A stretch of DNA of 64,000 nt, from assembly GCA_033852135.1 (NCBI GenBank), contig JAWSVB010000016.1, forward strand, positions 100,938 to 164,937, written 5' to 3'. Shown one piece after another: positions 28,706-36,982 of the stretch (its first letter is position 1; every line of letters starts with the position of its first letter). The stretch comes from Gammaproteobacteria bacterium (GTDB lineage: Bacteria; Pseudomonadota; Gammaproteobacteria; QZLD01). The notes beneath the pieces were generated by a model. The model was not told the origin of the DNA. It saw only the letters and a program-made list of their open reading frames with translations, and searched no databases. Position numbers and translations under genes: made by a program.

Positions 28706-31041
28706 TGAGGGTTAAGAGACTAATTATAAAAATTGCCCTAGGAATATGTGGGCTATTCATCTGCTTTTTAATTGCAGACTACATAGCCCCTCTTCCGCAA
28801 TCACAGCATAAGTTCAGTACCGTGGTTTTAGCTGAAGACAACACACCGCTTAGAGCATTTCCTGATAAAAATGGGGTGTGGCGCTACCCAATTACCGCTG
28901 CTGACGTATCCCCCAAATATATACAGGCGCTAATGGGTTATGAGGACAGATGGTTCTACTACCACCCTGGGGTAAATCCATTAGCACTTTGCCGCGCTTT
29001 TGGACAGATGATTAGATATGGAAAACCTGTATCTGGCGGCTCCACCATAACCATGCAAGTTGCACGACTAATCGACCCCCATAGCAAAAATCTGCAGGGC
29101 AAACTTAAACAGATGTTCCGCGCGATACAATTAGAGTGGCATATGAGCAAAGCAGAGATTCTGGATATGTATCTCAACATAGCTCCATTTGGTGGTCCAA
29201 TTGAAGGGGTGCAAGCAGCAAGCTTCACCTATCTTGGTAAGCCAGCAAAACAACTAACTTATGCAGAGGCGGCACTGTTAGCGGTATTACCCCAATCCCC
29301 TACCCGCTTTCGCCCAGACCGTCATCCAGAGCTGGCAAAAAAAGCACGAGATAAAGTACTTAAGCGCCTAGATAAATTCAACATCTGGCCCAAGATTGAG
29401 ATAAATGATGCGTATGCCGAAGATATCCCCATGCAGAACAACTCGCGCCCGAAAAAAGCAGCGCTATTGGCGCATAGGCTGTTAAACAAGCAAAAGAGTT
29501 ACGCAGATAAAATTAAAACCACCATCGATTTTAATATGCAGACAGCCATCGAGGAACAGTTAAAAACATATATATCGCAACTACCAACAAAGACATCTGC
29601 AGCAGTTTTAGTTGTTGAGAATAAAACCATGCAGGCCCGTGCCTATGTGGGGTCTGCCGATTACAGCGATAGCTCCCGTTTTGGCTATGTGGATATGATT
29701 ACCAGTTTGCGTTCACCAGGTTCAACTCTAAAGCCATTCCTTTATGGCCTGGCAATGGATGAAGGGCTGATACATTCATCTAGCTTATTGCAGGATGTCC
29801 CTCTTAGCTTTGATGGTTACAAACCACAAAACTTCCTCGGAGGTTATAACGGCGCCGTTACCGTCAGCTCAGCTTTGCAAAAATCCCTTAATATCCCAGC
29901 GGTACAAGTTCTTAAACATTACGGTGAGAATAGATTCATCGACAATCTAAGAAACTCTGGATTAAAACTTAAAATACCAGGCAATGGAAAGCCCAATCTA
30001 GCCGTGATTCTCGGAGGGGTCGCTACCAACCTAGAGTCTCTTGTTGGAACATATGCTGCATTAAATAACGGCGGTTTAGCAGCCAAAGTTATCTTCCAAA
30101 AGAACCAAGCAACAAAATCTCGCCGAATCTTAAGCCCAGAATCAGCTTGGATTATAAAAAAGATATTAGAAGAAAATGAACGCCCAGGAATCAATGACTC
30201 TGTACTCTTCCGCACCAATTCAAGAAAAGTAGCCTGGAAAACCGGGACCAGCTATGGGCATCGTGACTCATGGGCCATAGGGGTAACCAATCAATACACA
30301 ATTGGTGTATGGGTTGGCAGACCAGACAGCACCCCGCAACCAGGTCAATACGGAGCAGTTACCGCCGCCCCACTACTGTTTAATATCGTAGATGGTCACA
30401 ACCTTTCACAGTATTGGGCCGACGACAATGCAACGCCCGAAGGTGTTAGCAAAACAACCACCTGCTGGCCTCTGGGAACAGAAAAAAATGGATCTCAAGA
30501 CCAAAACTGCCATATTCAACACCCAGCATGGGTTATCGATGGAATTACACCAACAACCTTGCGTGAGAACAAAGATAAAATCAGCGCTAATACAGTGTCG
30601 ATACTAATCGATAACAAAAATGGAAAACGGGTAAACCTAGCTTGCAGTAAGAATGACACAACCCCTACTAAATTTGCCATCTGGCCAACACGAGTTCTAC
30701 CCTGGCTTGCCCCAGAAATTAGAACAAAAGCAACCCCGCCAAAACCAGCACCAGACTGCCTTGAACTGCAACCACTGTTTGATAGTAAGATAAAAATCAG
30801 CGGGATTAGCGATAATACCATTATCAAACGGATACCAAATTCGAAAGAGAACCCAACCATCTCCCTCAGTGTTAGCGGCGCAGAATCAGATGTATATTGG
30901 CTTAAAGACCAACAGCTAATCCGCAAATTATCACCTAATCAGAACCTACTTTATAAATTCAGCACCGAAGGTGAACATAACTTTTTTGCGATTGATGAAG
31001 CGGGAAATATGGATAAAGTGAGTGTGGTTTATAAGATGTAG
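28705..31041 (+). CDS. pbpC: Penicillin-binding protein 1C
   Basis: EDRWF, GGSTITMQ, STLK, SLN, KTG motifs; follows A2M. Confidence 0.96.
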   Translation: MRVKRLIIKIALGICGLFICFLIADYIAPLPQSQHKFSTVVLAEDNTPLRAFPDKNGVWRYPITAADVSPKYIQALMGYEDRWFYYHPGVNPLALCRAFGQMIRYGKPVSGGSTITMQVARLIDPHSKNLQGKLKQMFRAIQLEWHMSKAEILDMYLNIAPFGGPIEGVQAASFTYLGKPAKQLTYAEAALLAVLPQSPTRFRPDRHPELAKKARDKVLKRLDKFNIWPKIEINDAYAEDIPMQNNSRPKKAALLAHRLLNKQKSYADKIKTTIDFNMQTAIEEQLKTYISQLPTKTSAAVLVVENKTMQARAYVGSADYSDSSRFGYVDMITSLRSPGSTLKPFLYGLAMDEGLIHSSSLLQDVPLSFDGYKPQNFLGGYNGAVTVSSALQKSLNIPAVQVLKHYGENRFIDNLRNSGLKLKIPGNGKPNLAVILGGVATNLESLVGTYAALNNGGLAAKVIFQKNQATKSRRILSPESAWIIKKILEENERPGINDSVLFRTNSRKVAWKTGTSYGHRDSWAIGVTNQYTIGVWVGRPDSTPQPGQYGAVTAAPLLFNIVDGHNLSQYWADDNATPEGVSKTTTCWPLGTEKNGSQDQNCHIQHPAWVIDGITPTTLRENKDKISANTVSILIDNKNGKRVNLACSKNDTTPTKFAIWPTRVLPWLAPEIRTKATPPKPAPDCLELQPLFDSKIKISGISDNTIIKRIPNSKENPTISLSVSGAESDVYWLKDQQLIRKLSPNQNLLYKFSTEGEHNFFAIDEAGNMDKVSVVYKM

Positions 31042-31110
31042 TGCGAAAAAATATGGATAGTTACTGCATATTACTTATAAAAATCGTAGGCCTGTAGTTA
31101 ACCATTGATT

Positions 31111-31443
31111 TCAGTAAATCTCTATACACCATATATCATTATCAGCACCTGCCTGCTCGATGACCTCCTGGTACTCAATCAGCTTAGCCTGAATTTCTAG
31201 TCTTGGTTTATTGCCACAACGTAACCAAATAACCAATGGTGGTCCACCATTCAACAAACTCAACTCATGAAAATCTGCATCCTGAGTTACAACTGCAAAC
31301 TCATTAATCTTGGCATAATCCCATATTTCATAATCGCTCGACTCACCCATACCAAGCAGCCCAACCTGGGCACTTTCAGGATATAATTCTGCTAAAGACG
31401 CCAACAATCTATACGAAAGATTTTGATCTAAAAGCAGCTTCAT
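31111..31443 (-). CDS. DUF5615 PIN-like toxin
   Basis: MKLLLDQNLS, SDYEIW, VTQDADF; ATGA overlap with the DUF433 gene. Confidence 0.88.
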   Translation of the reverse strand: MKLLLDQNLSYRLLASLAELYPESAQVGLLGMGESSDYEIWDYAKINEFAVVTQDADFHELSLLNGGPPLVIWLRCGNKPRLEIQAKLIEYQEVIEQAGADNDIWCIEIY

Positions 31444-31664
31444 GCAGCAACACAAACCATGTGGTGCTCACGCTCAGCAGCATAACCCAAACATGCATTT
31501 ATATGCTCAACTGAAAGCTCAGGAAAATCCTCCAAAATCTCTTGCTGGCTCATTCCATTTGCTAACCAGCCAAGAACGTCATAAACGGTGATTCTCATCC
31601 CTTTCAGACAGGGTTTACCACTACGTTTACCTGGTGTTATTTCAACATAGTCTTGATAGCGCAT
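31440..31664 (-). CDS. DUF433 antitoxin
   Basis: PGKRSGKPCLKGMRITVYDVL..GMS.QEILEDFPEL. Confidence 0.92.
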   Translation of the reverse strand: MRYQDYVEITPGKRSGKPCLKGMRITVYDVLGWLANGMSQQEILEDFPELSVEHINACLGYAAEREHHMVCVAA

Positions 31665-31784
31665 ATATATTCTCTAATTATTAATTAATACTCTATTTTT
31701 AATTCTACTGCTTTTTTTTGATTTTACCACCGGTAGATTAGCACCATGTGTTTCAATCAATATCTGAATTAATCAGATTAAAAA

Positions 31785-32033
31785 TCAATTCACTGATATA
31801 TAAAGCTCCTTGCTAACTCCAACCCCTTTAAACCAACACCGCTTAGTTTTTGAAGCGAGTTCACTGAGCTTATCCACAGCTCCTGCCAGATGATAATATT
31901 TAGAACCAAAGTATTTTACTGACCTAAGCCAGTTCATCTTCTGTACCCCAAGCTACTGCAGAATTGGTCTTATCTCCTAGGTAATATGACCGCGTTTATC
32001 CTCTCTTATTGCCCTGCCCGTCCAATCTGCTAG
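31785..32033 (-). pseudogene. C-terminal remnant of a REP-associated (IS200/Y1-like) transposase
   Basis: Manual translation LADWTGRAIREDKRGHIT*EIRPILQ*LGVQKMNWL...WFKGVG with two TAG stops. DWTGRxIRxDKRGxI is typical of long RAYT-like transposases. Confidence 0.72.
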
Positions 32034-32084
32034 TTAAAGACTAACTAATCGAACTAACATGGGGCAGACCGCGTTTATTTCCTT

Positions 32085-32239
32085 GATGTGTACTGGCTTA
32101 AAGACCAACAGCTAATACGCAAATTATCACCAAATCAGAACCTACTGTATAAATTCAGCACCGAAGGGGAACATAACTTTTTTGCGATTGATGAAGCCGG
32201 AAATATGGATAAAATAAGTGTGGTTTATAAGATGTAGTG
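32085..32239 (+). repeat. 155-bp second copy of the pbpC 3' end (30889-31043)
   Basis: Ungapped manual alignment with 9 mismatches; includes the stop codon. Confidence 0.95.
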
Positions 32240-32381
32240 TTAATCAAAAAGCGTAATTTTTATATCTTAATAGGTTTTATATTCGCGAATGTAAAATCTA
32301 ATTCTGAGGGGTTTTGCCACTTTTTTCCAATTCAAAAAAATATAATATGCATATTTTTCAGGAAATTAGAACAATCAATTA

Positions 32382-32403
32382 ATTGTCTCGACGTCGAGAC
32401 AAT
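32382..32403. promoter_or_regulatory. Perfect 22-bp palindrome
   Basis: ATTGTCTCGACGTCGAGACAAT. Confidence 0.55.
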
Positions 32404-32432
32404 GTTTGAGAAAAGACCTTGAAAAAACAAAA

Positions 32433-32453
32433 GGTGGGCAGTGCCCACCCTAC
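32433..32453 (-). repeat. GTAG-type REP
   Basis: GTAG-GGTGGGCA-C-TGCCCACC; its TAG is the stop codon of the Sel1 gene. Confidence 0.75.
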
Positions 32454-33130
32454 TTGGCTTTACTCTGCCCCCATTGATTTTTTGATTCCGTCAATTTCAA
32501 GTGGTTTTCTTCGGCGGACTTACGTGGTTTTTTGGGTATATTGATTCTTGTTTTATATTTAGTTCTATTATCATCACGATCTATTAGGTAATAAATTATC
32601 ATCAATGCAATTTTATAATAGCCTTTCAAAAGACATCCAATATTTATAAATGAATTATTTAAATTTTTCCTCCTATAACCTAGTATTTTGAGAGATCCGA
32701 ACACATTGCCAAAGGAAGAAGCTCTAGAAAAATAATATTTAGATTTTTCAATATCCTTAGTAACGTCTACACCTTTTTGATATAAGATCCCTAATCCATA
32801 AGAACAAAGTCCATCACCACACAAGTCTCCCTGTTCAAGGATCGAAATCGCATTCTGTACATCTCCCTGCTTATAGCAACATATCGCCAGTTGATATATC
32901 GCATTACTATTATCAAGAGCAGCTTTTTCAAACCAATACTGCGCCTTGGTATAACTTTGAGAAACACCCGTTCCTGATTGATACATTTCAGCAATTGCTA
33001 CCTGACAATTCCAGTAACCAACCTCAGCAAGCTTAAAATATAATTCAAAGGCAGAATTATATTCTTTTTTTAAATAAAACTTCCTTGCTGCTTTGCACTT
33101 TTGTTTATCATTATAATAATTTCTATTCAC
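32450..33130 (-). CDS. Sel1-repeat protein
   Basis: IAEMYQSGTGVSQSYTKAQYWFEKAA and LGILYQKGVDVTKDIEKSKYYFSRA. Confidence 0.85.
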   Translation of the reverse strand: MNRNYYNDKQKCKAARKFYLKKEYNSAFELYFKLAEVGYWNCQVAIAEMYQSGTGVSQSYTKAQYWFEKAALDNSNAIYQLAICCYKQGDVQNAISILEQGDLCGDGLCSYGLGILYQKGVDVTKDIEKSKYYFSRASSFGNVFGSLKILGYRRKNLNNSFINIGCLLKGYYKIALMIIYYLIDRDDNRTKYKTRINIPKKPRKSAEENHLKLTESKNQWGQSKAK

Positions 33131-33420
33131 TATTCACCGCTATTTATTCAATATTCTTACAGTTTAACTTCTCGCTAGGCCTACGACTATAACTCCAATC
33201 ATTTCAGAGACTATGCATATAAGAAAAGCCTTTAAAAACTAAAATCCACAGTAGAAAAATTTGGAAACATTAAGTTGCTAAAAAGAACACATACTAACCT
33301 TACAGGCTGACGGTGAGCACAGCGCCCCCAACATGATACAAACTGACTTCTAAGCAAAAGCTTGGATTCATTCTTCGCTAGCAGCCTAGTCATCTCCACA
33401 CCACAAATACCCAAATAACA

Positions 33421-33450
33421 AAAAAGCCAAAGGGGTTAACCTTCGGCTTT
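33421..33450 (-). terminator. Intrinsic terminator
   Basis: AAAGCC-AAGG/CCTT-GGCTTT stem with a T-tract on the minus strand. Confidence 0.65.
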
Positions 33451-33473
33451 GGATATTAAACTACATAAAGCTT

Positions 33474-34610
33474 CTATTCAGCAATAGCAGCCCACGCAGC
33501 AATAGCTCCGTTATAGCTACTATAGAAACCAAAAGTGCTATAGATCTTTGCTGACCACCCCTTTTGTATCGTATGAGTTGGCTTAGAACATGGGATATTT
33601 GCATTAATTACAGGGTCTGAGATATTTCTAAAACTACCAAATGATGTTTTATATTTATCACACACCATTGCTACAGCAGCATCATCCATATCCATAGCTA
33701 CATACTCTTTATAATTACCATCGGTAGTTGCTATTTCATAACCATTAGTTGTTAGTACAGGATCGTGATTCCAAAATTCAGCTTTAGGGTCAGCTAGTTT
33801 CTCTGGATTTATATCGTCATTCCCCAGATCTTTCCAAGTTAATTTTGTACCCTCTTCATCATTTAACTCATCGATAAGGATATTCATCATCTCGTCAGTT
33901 GCTGGAACTACTCGCATAAGTGGGGTTATTAAAGATTGAATACCATCTTTAGGTTGCCAGTGATTACTGAAAGTAGAGTTAGCAAACTTCTTATCTTTAA
34001 ATTTACCAGTCAGCTCAAATTTACCTGCATTTGTGACTGAAACATCGCCAAGCTTACTGTTAACTTTAGCTCCGCCTGCTGTGCCAATGGTAAAAAATAC
34101 GCTAGGGCTGGATTCTTTAATTATCTTTTCAACAAAAGCAGTAACCGGCATATCTATACCGTCGGTACTTATATGCATCTCAGATTTAACCAGCAGCACT
34201 TTCTTACCATTGACTTCAACTAAAAAGATACTTCCCCAGGCATCCTCTGCAACAGATGGAGCATAAGATGGGATGTCATACTCTTTCTTTGCCTCTGCAT
34301 AGCCTTTGCTGCATTTGTACCATTTGTTTTTCCACTCATTTTTATGTGACCCCCTGTAGTAAGGCATCTCTTTATCACTATTACAGAAGACAAAATCAAG
34401 AGCATTCCACTCTGCCTCTGTCCAGGTAATAACTACATGATCTACTTTAGCTGGTAGTGTGCTAGTTAAGCTGTCCCAGCCATCTAACGGAATAGCCTTA
34501 GGTGCCGAAGCTCCAACCTTTTTCCAATCAATAGGCTCTAATGGTGGCATTTTTAGTGATGGGTGGCCTACAGTCTCAAGCCCATGGCGATGATAAGTGT
34601 TATTTTCCAT
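33474..34610 (-). CDS. Nucleoside phosphorylase/MTA-SAH nucleosidase fold protein
   Basis: IGTAGG..LGDV, AMDMDDAAVAMVC, FRNISDP. Confidence 0.78.
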   Translation of the reverse strand: MENNTYHRHGLETVGHPSLKMPPLEPIDWKKVGASAPKAIPLDGWDSLTSTLPAKVDHVVITWTEAEWNALDFVFCNSDKEMPYYRGSHKNEWKNKWYKCSKGYAEAKKEYDIPSYAPSVAEDAWGSIFLVEVNGKKVLLVKSEMHISTDGIDMPVTAFVEKIIKESSPSVFFTIGTAGGAKVNSKLGDVSVTNAGKFELTGKFKDKKFANSTFSNHWQPKDGIQSLITPLMRVVPATDEMMNILIDELNDEEGTKLTWKDLGNDDINPEKLADPKAEFWNHDPVLTTNGYEIATTDGNYKEYVAMDMDDAAVAMVCDKYKTSFGSFRNISDPVINANIPCSKPTHTIQKGWSAKIYSTFGFYSSYNGAIAAWAAIAE

Positions 34611-34660
34611 AATTATTCCTTAATTTAATATGTTATATACAGATTTGCATCATGCAATTT

Positions 34661-35914
34661 CTAGCGGTGACAACTTTTATCTACCAGAGGAACAACGTTC
34701 TCTAAGACATAATCAATTAGAGATTTATCCTCAGTGGTGGTGATGATTTTTGCTGCTTTTTCAGCCAGTGGAGCGATATCTTTAAGCGCTGTTTTCGCTT
34801 TAACAATCGAATTTAAATCATCGATAAGATGTTGCTGTTCATTATCGGTGCCTTTTTTATAACCACTTACCAAATAATTTTGAATCATGGTATCTGCACC
34901 TTTAACTTTTATCCCCTCTTTAATCTTATGCAGCAATGAAGGTAGTGAATTACCAGCAAACCACTGTGCAATTTCAACCTTGTCATCGGTATAGCACGGG
35001 CTACAAAACATGAAGTGTCCTGCATCAAGTATCATCTGTTTAAATGATTTGAACTCTCTTGGAACAGGAGAGCCGTATTCAATAATCGATGAAGATGGTT
35101 TAACCAACATATCGTTTACACCCACTACATTCAGAAAGTGTATATCTTCTGCCCCATCGATATGGAACTGGTGATTCATAGATTCAGGTGTTACACCATG
35201 ACTAAGAAGATCTAAAAATGCTCTAAACGGTACCCAGCGGTCATCGTTAGTAAAACCAACAATCTTCATGAATGAGTTATTCTTATTCTGTTTGAAAAAC
35301 TGCTGCCACGACCAAGCTGTCATTGCTGAGGAACCAGCCATCAAGAGGAGGATATCCAAAAAGAATAGTGATATACCGGAGCTTTTAAACGGTTCCATCT
35401 CTTTAAATGGAGCCATCATCTGATAGTATCCAGCAAAAACTTTTTGCATCCCTAGCTCACGAGCACCCATTATTGGAACGCCATAATACGATAAACGATG
35501 GATCTTCTTCGCTACCTCAGCGCCTTGTTTTGCGAATAAACCAGAGAATAGTAATCCCCCGATGCAAACTGCAAACACATTAAGTTTATCGACTTTGTAC
35601 TCTTTTAATAATCGATCTATGATCTCTACTTCAATGACATTAAGAAGATCATCTTCACTCCAACCTGAAAGGGTAAACAGTTCTGATGTACCCCAATCAA
35701 TCAAATAAACGTCAAAACCCTGTTTAACGAAGTGGTCGATAAAATTGTTATCGACAAACCAGTTACCATAACCACGACTCATCAAAGAGTAGCTGTATAC
35801 AATTGGTCTTTTTTGTTTTACTTCTGCACCCTTATCGGCAGGAAACTTCCATACAGTATAGTGTGGTGAGTCAATATATTTATCCACACCATTCATATAA
35901 ATCGGATCTAGCAT
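34661..35914 (-). CDS. PhaC (class III PHA synthase)-like alpha/beta hydrolase
   Basis: GFDVYLIDWG, AVCIGG (Cys lipase box), GVNDMLV (Asp), AGH (His). Confidence 0.7.
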   Translation of the reverse strand: MLDPIYMNGVDKYIDSPHYTVWKFPADKGAEVKQKRPIVYSYSLMSRGYGNWFVDNNFIDHFVKQGFDVYLIDWGTSELFTLSGWSEDDLLNVIEVEIIDRLLKEYKVDKLNVFAVCIGGLLFSGLFAKQGAEVAKKIHRLSYYGVPIMGARELGMQKVFAGYYQMMAPFKEMEPFKSSGISLFFLDILLLMAGSSAMTAWSWQQFFKQNKNNSFMKIVGFTNDDRWVPFRAFLDLLSHGVTPESMNHQFHIDGAEDIHFLNVVGVNDMLVKPSSSIIEYGSPVPREFKSFKQMILDAGHFMFCSPCYTDDKVEIAQWFAGNSLPSLLHKIKEGIKVKGADTMIQNYLVSGYKKGTDNEQQHLIDDLNSIVKAKTALKDIAPLAEKAAKIITTTEDKSLIDYVLENVVPLVDKSCHR

Positions 35915-36258
35915 TTAAACCTCCGTTAACTATTAATGAATCCATACAAATTGATTTATAGTGAATTGCACCATCAAAACAAACAATATTATTAGTAATG
36001 AATAATGCAACTATTTGATAGTGTATACGCGAGATTAATATTAGGTAAAGCATAAAATTTGAGCTTAATGCTTGGTAATAAACGGTTAAATTAACATTGT
36101 GCATAGACACCACTGAAAAACATAATAAAATCATAGGCGAATAAAATACAACTCAATAACCATGGTATATAATTTTGATTTTCAATTTTTAAATATGTGA
36201 ACTGGGTAGGTTTTATGTGAATAATATTCTGAATTAAATGAAGTAAAAATGATGCACA

Positions 36259-36290
36259 GCTAATCAGAAAATTATATTTCTCTGATTAGC
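36259..36290 (-). terminator. Hairpin after the GNAT gene
   Basis: GCTAATCAGA/TCTGATTAGC. Confidence 0.55.
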
Positions 36291-36321
36291 CAAGAATTAC
36301 TATTCTAAATAATAGAAAAGG

Positions 36322-36921
36322 CTATTTAGTAGGGGTTAGATAAAAAACCTGTGCATCTTGTGGGTCACTTTCAGTATATCTAAAGCATTCACTATCAAGC
36401 TTTTTAAAGCCCATTAACTGTAATTGCTCATGCGGGAAAACCCAGTCAGAGCAGGCAAAAAATATCGAGGTATTATTCTGATTCAAATAACTTAAGAAAT
36501 TGGAAAAGAAGAAAGGAACCACTTCAGTAGCGGCATAATCTGGGTTAATAACTAAACGTGACATCTCGCAGACTTTTGTAGTCTCAGCTAGCCCGGCAAG
36601 GCACCCGCCTAACTTGTCTGAGTTATAATAGCGCTGCATCTCATACTGTTGATTACTATCTTTATCAGTTAATCTAACTGCTGCAACAATTTCATCATTA
36701 TCAAGCATGACAACCCACTGTTCATAGCTTTCATAATCATCAGTAAGGATCTTAGCACAACCGTCTTGTTGATTAACTTTTAGACCTGAAGGATTATCAT
36801 CAGCTATAATCCACCCCATATCCTCAACATAAACTTTATGAAGGATGGTTTTTATAGATTGGATAGTGTTTTTATCTGATTGAGAAACTACTTTAAATGC
36901 ATAATTTGAGTTTTGATTCAT
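36322..36921 (-). CDS. GNAT-fold acyltransferase (LuxI/FeeM-like)
   Basis: KVYVEDMGW, TDDYE, AAVRL, CEMSRL. Confidence 0.72.
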   Translation of the reverse strand: MNQNSNYAFKVVSQSDKNTIQSIKTILHKVYVEDMGWIIADDNPSGLKVNQQDGCAKILTDDYESYEQWVVMLDNDEIVAAVRLTDKDSNQQYEMQRYYNSDKLGGCLAGLAETTKVCEMSRLVINPDYAATEVVPFFFSNFLSYLNQNNTSIFFACSDWVFPHEQLQLMGFKKLDSECFRYTESDPQDAQVFYLTPTK

Positions 36922-36953
36922 TTTTTATTAAGCGAAACTAAGTTATAATACCG

Positions 36954-36979
36954 TTTGCCAGCATATTCATGCTGGCAAA
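36954..36979 (-). terminator. Hairpin between the kinase and GNAT genes
   Basis: TTTGCCAGCAT/ATGCTGGCAAA. Confidence 0.55.
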
Positions 36980-36982
36980 ATT

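Noticed and set aside
32237-32422. 61-aa ORF
   Set aside because: No RBS or motif; AT-rich intergenic DNA containing the palindrome
33232-33414. 60-aa ORF and a possible degenerate REP at 33311-33332
   Set aside because: No coding signal, and the REP-like stretch is too degenerate to call
31044-33420. Classical integron
   Set aside because: No intI and no convincing attC (RYYYAAC...GTTRRRY) structures
35880-36134. 84-aa ORF upstream of the PhaC-like gene as a PhaE partner
   Set aside because: Overlaps the next gene's RBS and start, has AT-rich non-coding character and no PhaE-like features
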